64,000 bases of DNA from Rhabdochlamydiaceae bacterium (GTDB lineage: Bacteria; Chlamydiota; Chlamydiia; Chlamydiales; Rhabdochlamydiaceae): NCBI GenBank assembly GCA_047459655.1, contig JAJREF010000005.1, positions 256,001 through 320,000 of the forward strand, given 5' to 3'. Positions within the stretch are counted from its first letter, which is position 1; each line of letters opens with the position of its first letter. Below the pieces are notes generated by a model. That model was not told the DNA's origin. It did no database searches and was given only the letters and a program-made list of their open reading frames with translations. Both the position numbers and the translations under genes were made by a program. Of this stretch, positions 1-11,730 are shown one piece after another.

Positions 1-891
1 GCTCTATCCAAAAAAATTACTACTTTTCAAAAGGAGCTAATTGATATTGCAGCAATACTTGATGCATGGGTCGATTTTCCTGAAGAGGGGTTGGAGTTTG
101 CTAGTTTAGAGGAAATTTTGGATTCTTTAGACAGAGTAGATCATCTCATGGAGCAGCTGAGTCATACTTTCTATGAAGGAAAAATTTTAAACGAGGGTTT
201 GCGTCTCTGCTTGGTGGGAACACCGAATGTGGGTAAATCTTCTCTCATGAATGCGCTTTTAGGAATAGAGCGCGCTATTGTGACGGATGTTCCGGGAACA
301 ACAAGAGATGTGCTAGAAGGAGATCTTCGTTTAGGAGGTCTTCACTTTAACCTTCTTGATACGGCAGGTATAAGGGAAACAGAGGAGAGAGTGGAGCAAG
401 AAGGGATTCGCAGGTCAAAACAAGCCTTAGAAAGTGCCGACCTTGTTTTACTTGTTCTGGATGCAAGTCGTGGTCTCATGCCAGAAGATAAAGCGTTGAT
501 GGATGCTGCCAACCACGAGAAAACAATTATAGTGTGGAATAAAACTGACCTTCCTTCTGTGTTTCTTCCTCCTGCTGGATCGATTGCGATTTCTGCAAAA
601 GAAGGGAAAGGACTGACAGATTTACGTGATGCAATCGATCAGATGATCTGGAAAAAAGGACCTCCTTCTAAAGAAGAAGTGCTCATTACAAACGCGCGCC
701 ATAAGCAAGCACTAGATAACGCAAGACTCTCTTTAAAAAGAGTGATAGAAGGGCTTAAAACAGAAGTATCTCCTGAGTTTTTAACAGCTGATCTTCGCCA
801 AGCGCTAACGGAACTGGGGATCATTATCGGCATTGATATTACAGAAGATATCTTAACTGCTATATTTTCAAAATTTTGTGTGGGGAAATGA
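1..891 (+). CDS. mnmE: tRNA modification GTPase MnmE (5' end outside window)
   Basis: Frame 1 open from position 1 (WVDFPEE); GTPNVGKSS, GTTRD, DTAGIRET, NKTD; C-terminal FSKFCVGK. Confidence 0.96.
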   Translation, partial: ALSKKITTFQKELIDIAAILDAWVDFPEEGLEFASLEEILDSLDRVDHLMEQLSHTFYEGKILNEGLRLCLVGTPNVGKSSLMNALLGIERAIVTDVPGTTRDVLEGDLRLGGLHFNLLDTAGIRETEERVEQEGIRRSKQALESADLVLLVLDASRGLMPEDKALMDAANHEKTIIVWNKTDLPSVFLPPAGSIAISAKEGKGLTDLRDAIDQMIWKKGPPSKEEVLITNARHKQALDNARLSLKRVIEGLKTEVSPEFLTADLRQALTELGIIIGIDITEDILTAIFSKFCVGK

Positions 892-1505
892 ACAAGAGAA
901 AAAAAGCGGAAGAAATTCAGAAAATCTTAGAAGAGCACTTTCCCCATCCAGATATTCCTCTGAAACACAAAGATCCCTATACGCTATTAATAGCTGTTGT
1001 TTTATCGGCTCGTAACACCGATGCTAAAGTCAACCAAATCACCCCTCATTTGTTTGCTAAGGCGGACACTCCGCAAAAGATGATCGAGCTCTCAATCGAT
1101 GAGATCCGGCAGATCATTAAACCTTGTGGTCTTTCTCCAACAAAGGCAAAAGCGATTTGGCACCTCTCAAAAATTTTACTCGAAAAATATCAGGGTCAAG
1201 TTCCTAAAAGCTTTAAAGCGCTCGAAGAACTTCCTGGTGTGGGACATAAGACGGCCTCTGTTGTGATGGCACAAGCTTTTCAGTACCCTGCTTTTCCTAT
1301 TGATACACACATTCAGCGCTCTGCTAAAAGATGGGGCCTCAGTCGCGGTAAAACAGTCAAGCAGACAGAAAGCGATTTGAAAAAGCTTTTCAAAAGAAAA
1401 GATTGGATCAAGCTTCATCTTCAAATCATTTATTTTGCGCGCAAGTTTTGTCCAGCCAGAGGGCATAAACCTAGCTGTCCTATTTGCTTAAAACAGAGTT
1501 CCTAG
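888..1505 (+). CDS. nth: Endonuclease III (HhH-GPD)
   Basis: LIAVVLSA, LPGVGHKTA HhH, IDTH, C-terminal Cys cluster; ATGA overlap with mnmE stop. Confidence 0.93.
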   Translation: MNKRKKAEEIQKILEEHFPHPDIPLKHKDPYTLLIAVVLSARNTDAKVNQITPHLFAKADTPQKMIELSIDEIRQIIKPCGLSPTKAKAIWHLSKILLEKYQGQVPKSFKALEELPGVGHKTASVVMAQAFQYPAFPIDTHIQRSAKRWGLSRGKTVKQTESDLKKLFKRKDWIKLHLQIIYFARKFCPARGHKPSCPICLKQSS

Positions 1506-2396
1506 AGATTGGCCGAGTCTGCCTAACACCTCGATTTTGCGTGAAGAGGCGTTCAGGAGATCTTTATCGAATTGAATTTTTCCAGGTTCGAATAAGAGAA
1601 TGAGGCAGGAGCCTCCAAATGAGAAGTACCCTTTTTCTTCCCCTTTTGCGTGTTGTTTTCCTGGCTGAAATGTTTGGTGGATAGAGCCGACGTTGGTTGC
1701 TCCTACTTCGATATAGGTAACATCTCCAAAATTGTCTGAATGAAGCGTTGTTAACATGCGCTTGTTGCGGGTTAAGATATCGATGTCTTTTTTAAGCGCA
1801 GTAGGATTGACAGAATAAAGTTTCCCGGGGATTGAAAGAGGTGTTTCTGAGGTGCAGCTGATCGGAAAGTGAAACCGGTGGTAATCAACCGGAGCGAGCC
1901 TTGCAATCACCATAGATCCTGCAGCATATTTTTTTGCTAGCGCTTGACTTAAGAGAAGCTCTTCTAGCGAGAACTTGTGCCCTTTCACCCAAAAGCCATC
2001 TATGGAGGCGATGTTGCTGTAAACAAGGTACCGGGCATCGGCAGGTAGAATGGCTCTTTTGACATCTGGGTTGATCGGACGTGCAGAGGGTTTTAAATGG
2101 CGGATAAAAAAGTCATTGAAGCATCGGAAGGAGTCTACCGAATCTCTAAACTCTGAAGAATCGACATGAAAAGCTTTAATAAAGGGTTTAATTTTAAACT
2201 GGCTGAATCTGCTTTTTTGAAAGGCACACCATAAGAAAGAGATTAGATTAGAGCGTGATAAAAGGGGGAGAAAAAGGAAGGAGAGAATTTTAGATAAGGA
2301 AGAAGATCCATACAATGCTTCAATCAGAGCCTTTCCATATACTTTTTCTATGTGCTCTTTGCCTGACGCTCTGTCGATATAAGTGATATCATTCAT
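1488..2396 (-). CDS. psd: Phosphatidylserine decarboxylase proenzyme
   Basis: FNDFFIR, RLAPVDYHRFHFP, GATNVGSI, FSFGGS cleavage motif. Confidence 0.93.
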   Translation of the reverse strand: MNDITYIDRASGKEHIEKVYGKALIEALYGSSSLSKILSFLFLPLLSRSNLISFLWCAFQKSRFSQFKIKPFIKAFHVDSSEFRDSVDSFRCFNDFFIRHLKPSARPINPDVKRAILPADARYLVYSNIASIDGFWVKGHKFSLEELLLSQALAKKYAAGSMVIARLAPVDYHRFHFPISCTSETPLSIPGKLYSVNPTALKKDIDILTRNKRMLTTLHSDNFGDVTYIEVGATNVGSIHQTFQPGKQHAKGEEKGYFSFGGSCLILLFEPGKIQFDKDLLNASSRKIEVLGRLGQSLGTLF

Positions 2397-2734
2397 GGTT
2401 TTGTAGGAGATTTTTTGTTGGCGATTTTAGCAAATAGTCTTAACTCTTCCATGTAAGGAGAGGGAAATAGGTCAGCGTAGTGGTTGTCTTCAATGAGTTT
2501 TAAGATTTGGAGTGCAGTCTCTGTCATCAGTGAGACATGGGTTTTTGATTCATTTCCTGCTAAAAAAGTTTTTTCTTGATCATTGAGTGCAACCATCAAC
2601 TCTTTGAGCTGTTTTTGGAAGGAGAGCTGTCTGTCTGTTCTTTCTAAAAGCTCAGTGATCACAGCGATCTCATCGCCTTCTTTTGTGAAGCTAAAACAAA
2701 AACAAGAAAGAATGATCAAAAGTCGTAATTTCAT
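2393..2734 (-). CDS. Hypothetical protein with signal-peptide-like N-terminus
   Basis: 113-aa ORF coupled to psd by ATGA overlap. Confidence 0.7.
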   Translation of the reverse strand: MKLRLLIILSCFCFSFTKEGDEIAVITELLERTDRQLSFQKQLKELMVALNDQEKTFLAGNESKTHVSLMTETALQILKLIEDNHYADLFPSPYMEELRLFAKIANKKSPTKP

Positions 2735-2788
2735 ACACGTGGAATATACCGAAAAGGAGAGAAAATTAAAAGAGATCTATTTGCTGGA

Positions 2789-2951
2789 ATACCATTTGCA
2801 AAAAATAAAGACATATTTCAGCTGCGTGAAAGCTGCCTTAATTCAACGATCGTAAGTTGGGTAGTATTAAGCAAATACAACCCAACTTATGATCGTTGAA
2901 TTAAGGCGCTTTGACGCGCTCAAATGTGTCTTTATTTTTCGCGAATGGTAT
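2789..2951. mobile_element. Palindromic MITE/ERIC-like element, family A (ATACCATT...AATGGTAT)
   Basis: Imperfect palindrome over about 163 bp; TA-containing ends; second copy at 56318-56472, fragments at 22871 and 17386. Confidence 0.85.
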
Positions 2952-3171
2952 AAGGGACCGCTTCTTTTGTCCTCACAGGTTTTTTTTGAGAAATAGCTTT
3001 TTTAATCATGATGACAATTAGGCTTAGAGACATATGATTCTCCTATGAAGAGACGTCCTTATTTTTGGCAAGTCAGGGGTTCTACCTGTATTTGTAAATA
3101 AAATTCTAACCGTTGTCGAGATATTTTTTGTGAATTGACTGTTTCAAAGAGATAATTTATATCAAAATCAG

Positions 3172-4370
3172 ATGGAAGAACACATATTTTTAATTCAACT
3201 GGTTTTGATTTTATTTTCGGCCCGAGTATTTGGTGAGGTTGCGGCGTATTTTAAAGTCCCTTCCGTTATTGGAGAGCTTGTTGCTGGCATCATCATAGGC
3301 CCAAGCTTGCTGGGATTTGTTGCCATGAGCAATCCTATTCAGCTACTGGCCCATATTGGGATCATATTGCTGCTTTTTGAAGTTGGCATTGAAACGGATA
3401 TGGGGAAGCTGTCTGCGGCAGGGATAAAAGCGCTTGTTGTGGCATTAGGAGGCGTAATCTTGCCTTTTGCGCTCGGCTTTTGGACGACCTACTACTTTTT
3501 TAACTTTTCTCTTTTAGTTTGCTTGTTCATTGCAAGCACTCTGACAGCAACAAGTATTGGCATTACTTTGCGTGTTTTGCGAGATTTAAAAAAGCAAAAG
3601 AGTCATGAAGCCCAAATCGTGATGGGATCGGCCGTGATCGATGATATTATTGGAATTATTTTACTTGCAGTGCTCTATGAATTTTCTGTGAGCGGCGATG
3701 TCAATTTATGGAATGCAGGTAAAGTGCTCCTGCTAATCACGCTATTTTTTTTCCTATCGCCTTTCCTTGCCAAGGTCATTACGAAAATCATTAAAAAGTG
3801 GAATGAGAAAAGCGATATTCCGGGGCTATTACCTACAACCATTATTTCACTGATTTTGCTTTGTGCATGGGCAGCACATATGCTTGGAGCTCCCGCGCTG
3901 CTAGGTGGATTTGCTGCGGGCCTTGCGTTGTCTAGGCAGTTTTCTTTCCCCTTTTTACTTGGGTCAAAAGAATTTAGTACCCGTGTAGAAGAGCAGATGA
4001 AGCCAATTGTCCATCTATTCACGCCGATATTTTTTGTGGCTATCGGGTTATCTTTGGATCTTAGCGCGATAGCCTGGGGATCGCCCTTTATTTGGACGCT
4101 CAGTGGGTCTTTGCTTTTCGTTGCTATCCTGGGCAAGCTACTGTCTTCCTTTTTCTCAAGGGAGAAACTCTCAGGATGAAACTCATCATAGGAACAGCGA
4201 TGATTCCCCGTGGAGAAGTTGGTCTTATTTTTGCAAATATTGGACTGATTGCCGGTGTCTTTCAAGATGACATTTATGCAGCTGTTATACTCGTGATTAC
4301 AATCACGACTCTGGTTGCTCCTTTTGCCTTACGGTGCCTCTATAACCCCTCGCAAAAAAGTTCAAAATAA
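3172..4370 (+). CDS. CPA2-family cation/H+ antiporter (frameshift near 4150)
   Basis: Multi-TM, GIILLLFEVG, ATSIGIT, AVIDD, continues as MIPRGEVGLIFA in another frame. Confidence 0.85.
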
Positions 4371-4410
4371 TAGACATGCCATAATTGCGCATTGAAAGGG
4401 GCGCTCCTCA

Positions 4411-4520
4411 AGGAAGCTCTGGACAAGTGTTTTTTCAAAGATTGCTGATCATTTTTTCGAAGGCAAAAATTTTGGAGAACGCAGCTAACATTTAGAATGT
4501 TAGAGAGTTAGAAAATCTAG
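4411..4520. repeat. Degenerate partial copy of MITE family C, inverted relative to 4602-4765
   Basis: GGAAGCTCTGGACAAGTG...GATTGCTGATCA...GCAGCTAACAT...GAAAATCT matches the reverse complement of about 4657-4765. Confidence 0.75.
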
Positions 4521-4589
4521 TATTAGGCTTCTTGCGTATTAAGGATTCGTCGATTTTCCATTCCAATGGCAAGGGTAATATAGAGTGAA

Positions 4590-4914
4590 ACCGTTGCATA
4601 AGGAACCTCTGGACAAGTCATTTGCCGAATCTTGCTGTCAATTTTTGCGAACACTGAGATTTTCCGTAACTTGCTAACATTCTGCATGTTAGCTGCGCTT
4701 TCCAAAATCGTCGTCTTCGAAAAACTGATCAGCAATCTCCGACAACGCACTTGTCCAGAGGTCCCATAAGTGATCATGTTTGTAAAAATGCACATTTCGC
4801 AATCTTTCGATTTTAGCTCGCCCCTATTGGGCGTCCTGCATATGAGGGCTTGCTCAATACAAAATCTCATCAAAATGTGTTACTTTTTCAAAACAGGCTG
4901 ACTTATGCAACGGT
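4590..4914. mobile_element. MITE family B (TIR ACCGTTGCATAAG) containing a nested family C element
   Basis: TIRs at 4590-4602 and 4902-4914; right part repeated at 23711-23860. Confidence 0.8.
4602..4765. mobile_element. MITE family C (TIR GGAACCTCTGGACAAGT / ACTTGTCCAGAGGTCCC)
   Basis: 17-bp near-perfect TIR flanked by ATAA direct repeat; fragments at 4411 and about 49781. Confidence 0.8.
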
Positions 4915-5062
4915 CTGAGAGTTTGTTATCTGAGAAAGTGTAGGAAAAGACCACTAAGGCTTTTTATTGTATTTGAAAGAATTTTTGTTGCTTTTTAGCC
5001 TAATGCTATGATAGGATAATTATCCTTTGAGTTTTTAATTTTGTTTTTTTTGAAATGGTATT

Positions 5063-5087
5063 ACAAAGCTAACAAAGCTAACAAAGC
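5063..5087. repeat. Short tandem repeat (ACAAAGCTA) x about 3
   Basis: acaaagcta acaaagcta acaaagc upstream of the Clp-like gene. Confidence 0.7.
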
Positions 5088-5152
5088 AGGGAGAGAAGCT
5101 TCTTTCATAATTCTTTGAAAAGCTCATTCTCTATTTTAGTTTTGCAGAAATT

Positions 5153-7243
5153 ATGGGGAGGGAGGGTATGAATGTTGTTGGTAGTTGGGGTCTTAAACTC
5201 AGAGACGCTTTTACAGGAAATTTTTCAGTTGAAAAGTTTCTGGCTGAGCTTGTCTATAGACTAGCACTGGTTTTAATAAGCAAAATTTCAATGCAGTTTG
5301 TTGAAAGAGATTTTAGCTTTGGTAAAAACCGTTCGATAATTGCTAAATGTTGTTTAGCTGTTGCTTCATTGACTCTTTTAATTTTTTTAAAAAATGTGGG
5401 ATCTAGAGCTAGAAACTCAGAAGTTCCTGTTAGAGTTAATCGTGATGTATTAGCTATCGCCTTGGAAAAGGGGAAGCTGGAAATGTCTGATAAGTGCTTT
5501 AATCTTATTCTAAATTACGCTCTAAAATATCAAAATCCTATCACGGTTGGTTGTGAGTTGATTAGAAGGCTTTGTAATCTAGATTCAACTCGAAGAACGG
5601 AAGAAGCTGTTCACAGGGAGTTTTTTAAATTAAATAGCACAGAGCGTCCTTTTGGTGTTAAATATAGAGGATGTTTAGAGTTTTCAACTGCTTTTTTTTC
5701 AAAAAATTTAATAGGCAGAGAAAAGGAATTCGCAGAATTGTCGGAACGGATAAAGCAAGGGTCTTGTGTTCTTGTTGGCCCTAGTCGTAGTGGAAGAAAG
5801 AAGATTGCTGAAAGCTGGATTTTTCACCAAATGCAGGGGAAACAATTTTCAGTTGTTTCTTTTGCTGGTGGTTCATTCGTAGGAGAAGCAGAGCTAAGGG
5901 CAGCAATCGATCACTGCGTAAAACAAGATTTAACTTTGTATGTTCCTGGGGGATTGAGAGAAGATTTTCTTCTTATTGTTGCAGAACATTTAAGAGACAT
6001 TAAATGCATAATGGTTCTCACTCCAAAACAAATGAGCTCAATAAGTTCAAAATGTGGACTTGGTTTACATAGGATAAACGTTTCGGAATTGACTGAAGAA
6101 GAAGATCTATCGGCGCTTCAAGAGGCTTCAGGTTATCCAAAAGAATTATGTGCAACTGCTTTGGGTATTTTTAGAGATTATCCCAATACTTTCCTACATG
6201 TACGTGCTGTTTTGTCAGAAGAAGTGGATGGTCGAAGAGTGAATGATGAGGAGTCTCTTTTTGTAGCCGCAGCTCAATATAGCGGTCTTCCAGTGGCTTT
6301 TTTTAAAGCAAACGCTAATCAAAAAGCAGAGATGGTTGTTGCTCGTTTGAAAAACAGTATCGCTGGGCAGAGAGATGTTTTTGATGTTGTTAAGGACCGT
6401 TTAATGCTCAATTTTGGAAATCTTAGGGAAGAAGGGGGTGTAGCTGCCATTTTTTTCTGTGCGGGGCCTACTGGTGTGGGAAAAACATATTTTGGAAAAG
6501 AACTAGGCTCTGCGATGTTTGGGAAGTTTTGTGAAACTGTATTTTTCCCTATGAGTAATTGCACTGAACCGCATTCTGTCTCTAAACTTATAGGAGCTCC
6601 TCCTGGCTATCTCAGGTCATGGTGGAGAAGGTTATTTATTAAGAGTACTTGCAGGGCATGTAGATAAGGGATCTCCCTGTGTTGTAATTTTTGATGAAAT
6701 CGAAAAAGCTCATCCGGATATTTTTAAGTATTTACTTCAAGTCTTGGAAGAGGGATTCTGGACAGACGCAAGTGGTAAGATTGTCGATTGTCGTAATATG
6801 GTCTTTTGTTTTACTTCTAATTTAGGATCTGATCTTGAACGAGATTATTCCCCTGAGGAATTCAAAAAATGTTAGTGCAGCAATCTCAACACATTTTTCT
6901 CCAGAAATGTTGAACCGATTCAGGAGATCCCATTATTTTTCAACCTTTTAGAGAGATAGAAGGATTAAAAGAAATTTTGGGAGCACTTGTTTTACAAATG
7001 CAAAGAGAAAGAAAAGCAATGAAAGATTTTAAGTTTACTCTTGCCAAACCCTTCGAAGATCACATTTTTGAACATGTTTTTCAATTAAAAAACGGAGCAA
7101 GAGGTCTTAAAAGGGAACTTTTGAAGTTAATCGCTACTCCTTTCCTTAGTGTAAAAGATAAATACCCAGGGCTTCGAAAATTTGAAATCAATTTTCTGGA
7201 TGGACAAGTGGTCCTAAATCCTTTAGGATGGTTGGCTGGTTAA
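5153..7243 (+). CDS. Divergent ClpA/B/C-like AAA+ ATPase (frameshifts near 6615 and 6870)
   Basis: [22 protein letters not shown], then [33 protein letters not shown] and GARGLKR in other frames; first NBD degenerate. Confidence 0.8.
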
Positions 7244-7327
7244 TCAACACTTTTTTCATCCAAGGCAGCTCAATTTGTAATTTCATGATATGATGGGTGA
7301 AAAATTAAAAGTAGTAGGGAAAATTCG

Positions 7328-10267
7328 ATGTTTGGGTTAATTAAAAAAATATTTGGCACTCACCAATCTAGACTTATAAAGAAATATAAAAAAATTGTTG
7401 AAAAGATCAATACAGAGGAAGTTAAATATCAGCTTCTTTCTGATGCAGAAGTGCAAGCTAAGACAGCAGAATTTCGTGATAGGATAAAGCAAGGAGAGAG
7501 CGTAGATGCTTTGCTCGTAGAGGCGTATGCCGTTGTGAAAAATGCTTGCAGAAGGCTCTGTGGAACAGATATCCATGTCTCCGGTTACGACCAGAAATGG
7601 GATATGGTTCCTTATGATGTCCAGCTGATAGGGGGCATAGCGCTCCATTTTGGCGCCATTGCAGAGATGCAAACGGGAGAAGGGAAAACACTCACAGCTG
7701 CTTTACCTCTTTACTTGAATGCTTTGACAGGCCTATCTGTTCACCTGGTGACTGTGAATGATTATTTAGCAGCTAGGGACTGCCAGTGGATGGGTCCTCT
7801 ATTTGAATGGCTCGGAATGCGTGCTACGGCACTCGTCAATACTGTCCCTTCTCACTTAAGAAAAAACATCTATGCTACGGATATTGTATATGGAACAGCT
7901 TCTGAATTTGGGTTTGACTATTTACGAGACAATTCAATGGTGCAAAGTGCCAGTGAGCAATGTCAACGGGGACATTATTTTGCAATTGTCGATGAGGTTG
8001 ATTCAATTTTGGTCGATGAGGCCAGAACACCTTTAATTATTTCAGGCCCTACATCCAACTCTCGTCAGATGTACGATCTGTTGAAAGGTCCGGTAGCTCA
8101 GATTGTCAAAATGCAAAGGGATTTATGCAGTAAGCTAGCCACAGAAGGGAAGAGAGCTTTAGAGAATTTGGGAAGGCTAGGTGAGGAAGAAAGCCAAAAA
8201 AAACTCTCCAAAGAAGAAGAGGTAATAGAAAAGGAAGCGTTCCGCAAGCTATGGCTGGTAGGAAAGGGGATGCCCAATAACAATTTACTAAAGCGGATCA
8301 GAGAAAATCCTTACCTTCGTGCAGAGATTGAAAAGTGGGATACCTACTTTTATTCTGAACCCAATAAAGAAGAGCGCGCAAAGGCACTTGCAGACCTTTA
8401 CCTTATTGTAGATGAAAGAGCCCATGAGTATGAGTTAACAGATAAAGGGGGTCTTCTGTGGTCTGAGAAGGGCAATTCTGCAGATGATTTTGTGATGCTT
8501 GATTTGGGACATGAGTATGCTAAGATTGATCAAGATAAACAATTAGACGAGCAGGGGAGATTAGAAAAAAAGTTGCTCTGCGAGAAGAAGATGGAAAGAG
8601 AAAAGAGAGATCTCACAATCTGAGGCAGCTCTTAAGAGCACATTTGCTCATGGAAAAAGACATCGATTACATTATTGCGGAAGGGAAGGTTGTCATTATC
8701 GATGAAAACACAGGTCGTCCACAACCTGGGAGACGCTTTTCTGATGGATTGCACCAGGCGATAGAGGCTAAAGAAGATGTTTCTATCCAGGGAGAAACGC
8801 AGACATACGCGACGATCACGCTCCAAAACTATTTCCGCATGTATCAAAAACTTGCTGGGATGACAGGGACTGCGATGACAGAGGCCAATGAATTCAAGGA
8901 GATCTACAAACTAGAGGTTTTAGCAATCCCTACCAATAAGAAGTGCTCTCGTCACGATGCCAACGATGAAATCTATATGTCAGAGCGAGAAAAATACCAG
9001 GCTCTCTTGAAAGAAATACAAGAGATCCATGCTAAAGGAAGGCCCATCCTGATTGGTACGGAGTCGGTTGAAATTTCTGAAAAGCTATCCCGTATTTTAA
9101 AGCAAAATCATCTTGAGCACACGGTTTTGAATGCTAAAAATCATGCAAAAGAAGCTGAGATCATTGCCATGGCAGGCCAAAAAAGGGGCCATCACTGTAG
9201 CAACGAACATGGCAGGTCGAGGAACAGACATTAAACTCCAAGCAGAAGTAGCGGGGTTGGGTGGGTTACATGTGATTGGAACAACGCGTCACCAATCTAG
9301 ACGTATCGATAGACAGCTACGAGGAAGATGTGCAAGGCAAGGGGATCCAGGTTCTTCAAAATTTTATGTTTCCTTCGAAGACTCATTGATGCGCCTTTTT
9401 ACTTCCCCTCGTATCACCAAGTTTTTACAAAGGTTCCGCCCTCCTGAAGGAGAGCCGATCACTGCACCTGTGTTGAATAAGTCAATTGAGACAGCGCAAA
9501 AAAGGGTAGAACAGCGTAATTACCAGATGCGTAAGCATACTCTTGAGTATGACGATGTTATGAATAAACAGCGTGGAGAGGTCTACGCTTTTCGCAATGA
9601 CATTTTGCACCATGCTGATCCTATCGTCATTGCAAAAGATGTCCTAAAAAATGTCTGTGTCCAGATGAGTCAGAAGTTTTTTATCAACCGGAATATAGAA
9701 AATGGGTGGAACCCCGAAGGGTATAGACAAGCGCTCATAAGACAATTTCCTGTGACATTTACGAGCAAAGAGTTTGACGATGACTATCTACAGGCCGCTG
9801 ACATAGAAGACCGAGCTATCGTGAAGGTTGTGTCTGCATTTGAGCACAAACTCATCCATACAGCCGAGATCATCGAACATATCCAAAGGGAAATGCCTGA
9901 AAACATGGCAAAACTACAGCCAGAGGATATGTTAAGAGACATCGTTCGTAATATCTTAGTGCGTACTGTTGACCGTCTTTGGCAAGAGCATCTTCTTCGG
10001 ATTGATCACCTAAGAGCCGAGATGCATCTACGTGCTGTTGGTCAAAAAGATCCACTTGTTGAGTTCAAACATGAGGCATTTGCGCTTTTTGATGCTTTAA
10101 CGGTTGAGATAGAAGATGAGATTGCCCATGCGCTTTTCAGATTTCAAATGGTGATGCCCGGGAATAAACCGCCGCATATAGGGAAAGAAACAGGAAAACA
10201 TAAGCTTGATTTTCGCACTAGCCTTGCTTCTATTCCCCATTTGACAACTTCTCAGACTTCGGGATGA
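7328..10267 (+). CDS. secA: Preprotein translocase SecA (frameshifts near 8570 and 9180)
   Basis: [62 protein letters not shown]. Confidence 0.97.
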
Positions 10268-10674
10268 AAAATTTGTAGGTTGGATTTTTTTTGAGGCCTT
10301 TTCTTTTTTTAGCTCCTAAGTGGATGAGATACCCGGCATTTGTCTTCTCGTTGCAGTTGTAGTTAGCCCAGCACTTATAGGTACGTATGCACTTTTTCTC
10401 CATGTTGGGTAGATAGATCGTAAAAGAAAATTCTTTTTTTTAGCATTTTCTTTCTTTTGAGGTAATTTTGCACACTCCTTGCGCAGGTCGGATTCGATCT
10501 GGATGAGCTGCCCCTCCCATACGCGGTCTTCTTCAAGAGAGATAATGAGCTCTAATTCTTTTTTAGTTCCCGAAAAGGTCGATAGATCAAAAAACCTGCA
10601 AGTAGTGAAACAATAGCAATAGCAACAAGTATTTCCAAAAGAATAAAAGTTTGTTTTTGACGATATAGGCGCAT
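10255..10674 (-). CDS. Putative prepilin/pseudopilin-like protein, frameshifted; not in ORF track; 3' end approximate
   Basis: ATG at 10674 gives [31 protein letters not shown]; frame broken at poly-A near 10560. Confidence 0.55.
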
Positions 10675-10719
10675 GGCTATATCATAGGGTATTGAAATAT
10701 AGAAATCTAGGTTGAGGTT

Positions 10720-11730
10720 ATGGAATTACAGAGAAAAGCTTTTTATAATCTTTTGCGCATGAATGCTAGAGATGATAAAAACATCCAAGCAGAAAATTGG
10801 CAGGTAGAGGATTTAAGAGAGTTAGAAACACATCAGCTATTTACTAGACTCCAGTTGATCGGTGTTGCTCTAGATGAAGAGTCTTTTTTACTCTACGCTG
10901 ATAATTACTCAACGCCAGAGGATCTAGCCGCCTCTTTATCAGAAGTAGAGGAAAACAAAGATAAGATTTTTCTTTTGATTTTTGAGCTATGGCGCAGAAG
11001 TTGTCCAGATAAGCAATCAGTATCTATATTTTGTGATGAATTGGATTTCCGCATCTCTCTTTACGAAGAAGATCCAGCTACCTATAATCACATGATCCAA
11101 AGCAGCCTTATCCGCCTGGAAGAGATTTTGGAAGCCAGCATAGATGAAGGAACGGATCCAAAAACATGTTTTGATGTGCTCGATCCTTTCTGCGCACATG
11201 ACGTAGAAACCTTTTTGTACGGGTATATTTCTACCCAGATAGATGTGGATAATTATTCTTATGCAGCAGAGTTGCTAGATATATTTTACCCCTTTGTCAT
11301 GGACGAGCTGTGGTTTGATCTACTGCAGGTACGTCTTTTAGTTGGAGCCGATCCCCACGCAGCTAATGTGATGATTAAAAACATTTTAGCAGAACTTTCA
11401 TCAGAATCTGATCTTGAGCTTGTGATGGAGGTCGCTGACTTTCTGGTGGCGCATGGAGATCCCCAGTCTTTTCAGCAAGCTGTGAAGCAAGCGCTTGAGC
11501 TCATCAAGGTAGAAGATGATTTTCAGGAGCTCATAGCGATTGTTTCTGATTACTATCAGTGTCTAGATAAAGATAAAGAAGATCAACACCTCCAGTCGCT
11601 TCTAGAAAAAAGAGCGCACATTGACCTTGTAGCTCCCATTAAAAAAAATGATGAAGATGTCCTTGCTTTTCAGAACTCTTTACCTCAATTAGTCAGGTCT
11701 CTTCTTATGGAAGAGAAGCGATCAGGATAG
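10720..11730 (+). CDS. Hypothetical acidic protein
   Basis: 336-aa intact ORF with GAGGT RBS. Confidence 0.75.
   Translation: MELQRKAFYNLLRMNARDDKNIQAENWQVEDLRELETHQLFTRLQLIGVALDEESFLLYADNYSTPEDLAASLSEVEENKDKIFLLIFELWRRSCPDKQSVSIFCDELDFRISLYEEDPATYNHMIQSSLIRLEEILEASIDEGTDPKTCFDVLDPFCAHDVETFLYGYISTQIDVDNYSYAAELLDIFYPFVMDELWFDLLQVRLLVGADPHAANVMIKNILAELSSESDLELVMEVADFLVAHGDPQSFQQAVKQALELIKVEDDFQELIAIVSDYYQCLDKDKEDQHLQSLLEKRAHIDLVAPIKKNDEDVLAFQNSLPQLVRSLLMEEKRSG

Noticed and set aside
4523..4873. 116-aa ORF, and similar ORFs at 2583-2855, 23689-23904 and 34542-34724
   Set aside because: They coincide with palindromic repeats and are likely spurious
7328..10267. secA and other split genes as pseudogenes or programmed frameshifts
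   Set aside because: Essential genes, breaks at homopolymers, and the same pattern across the whole window
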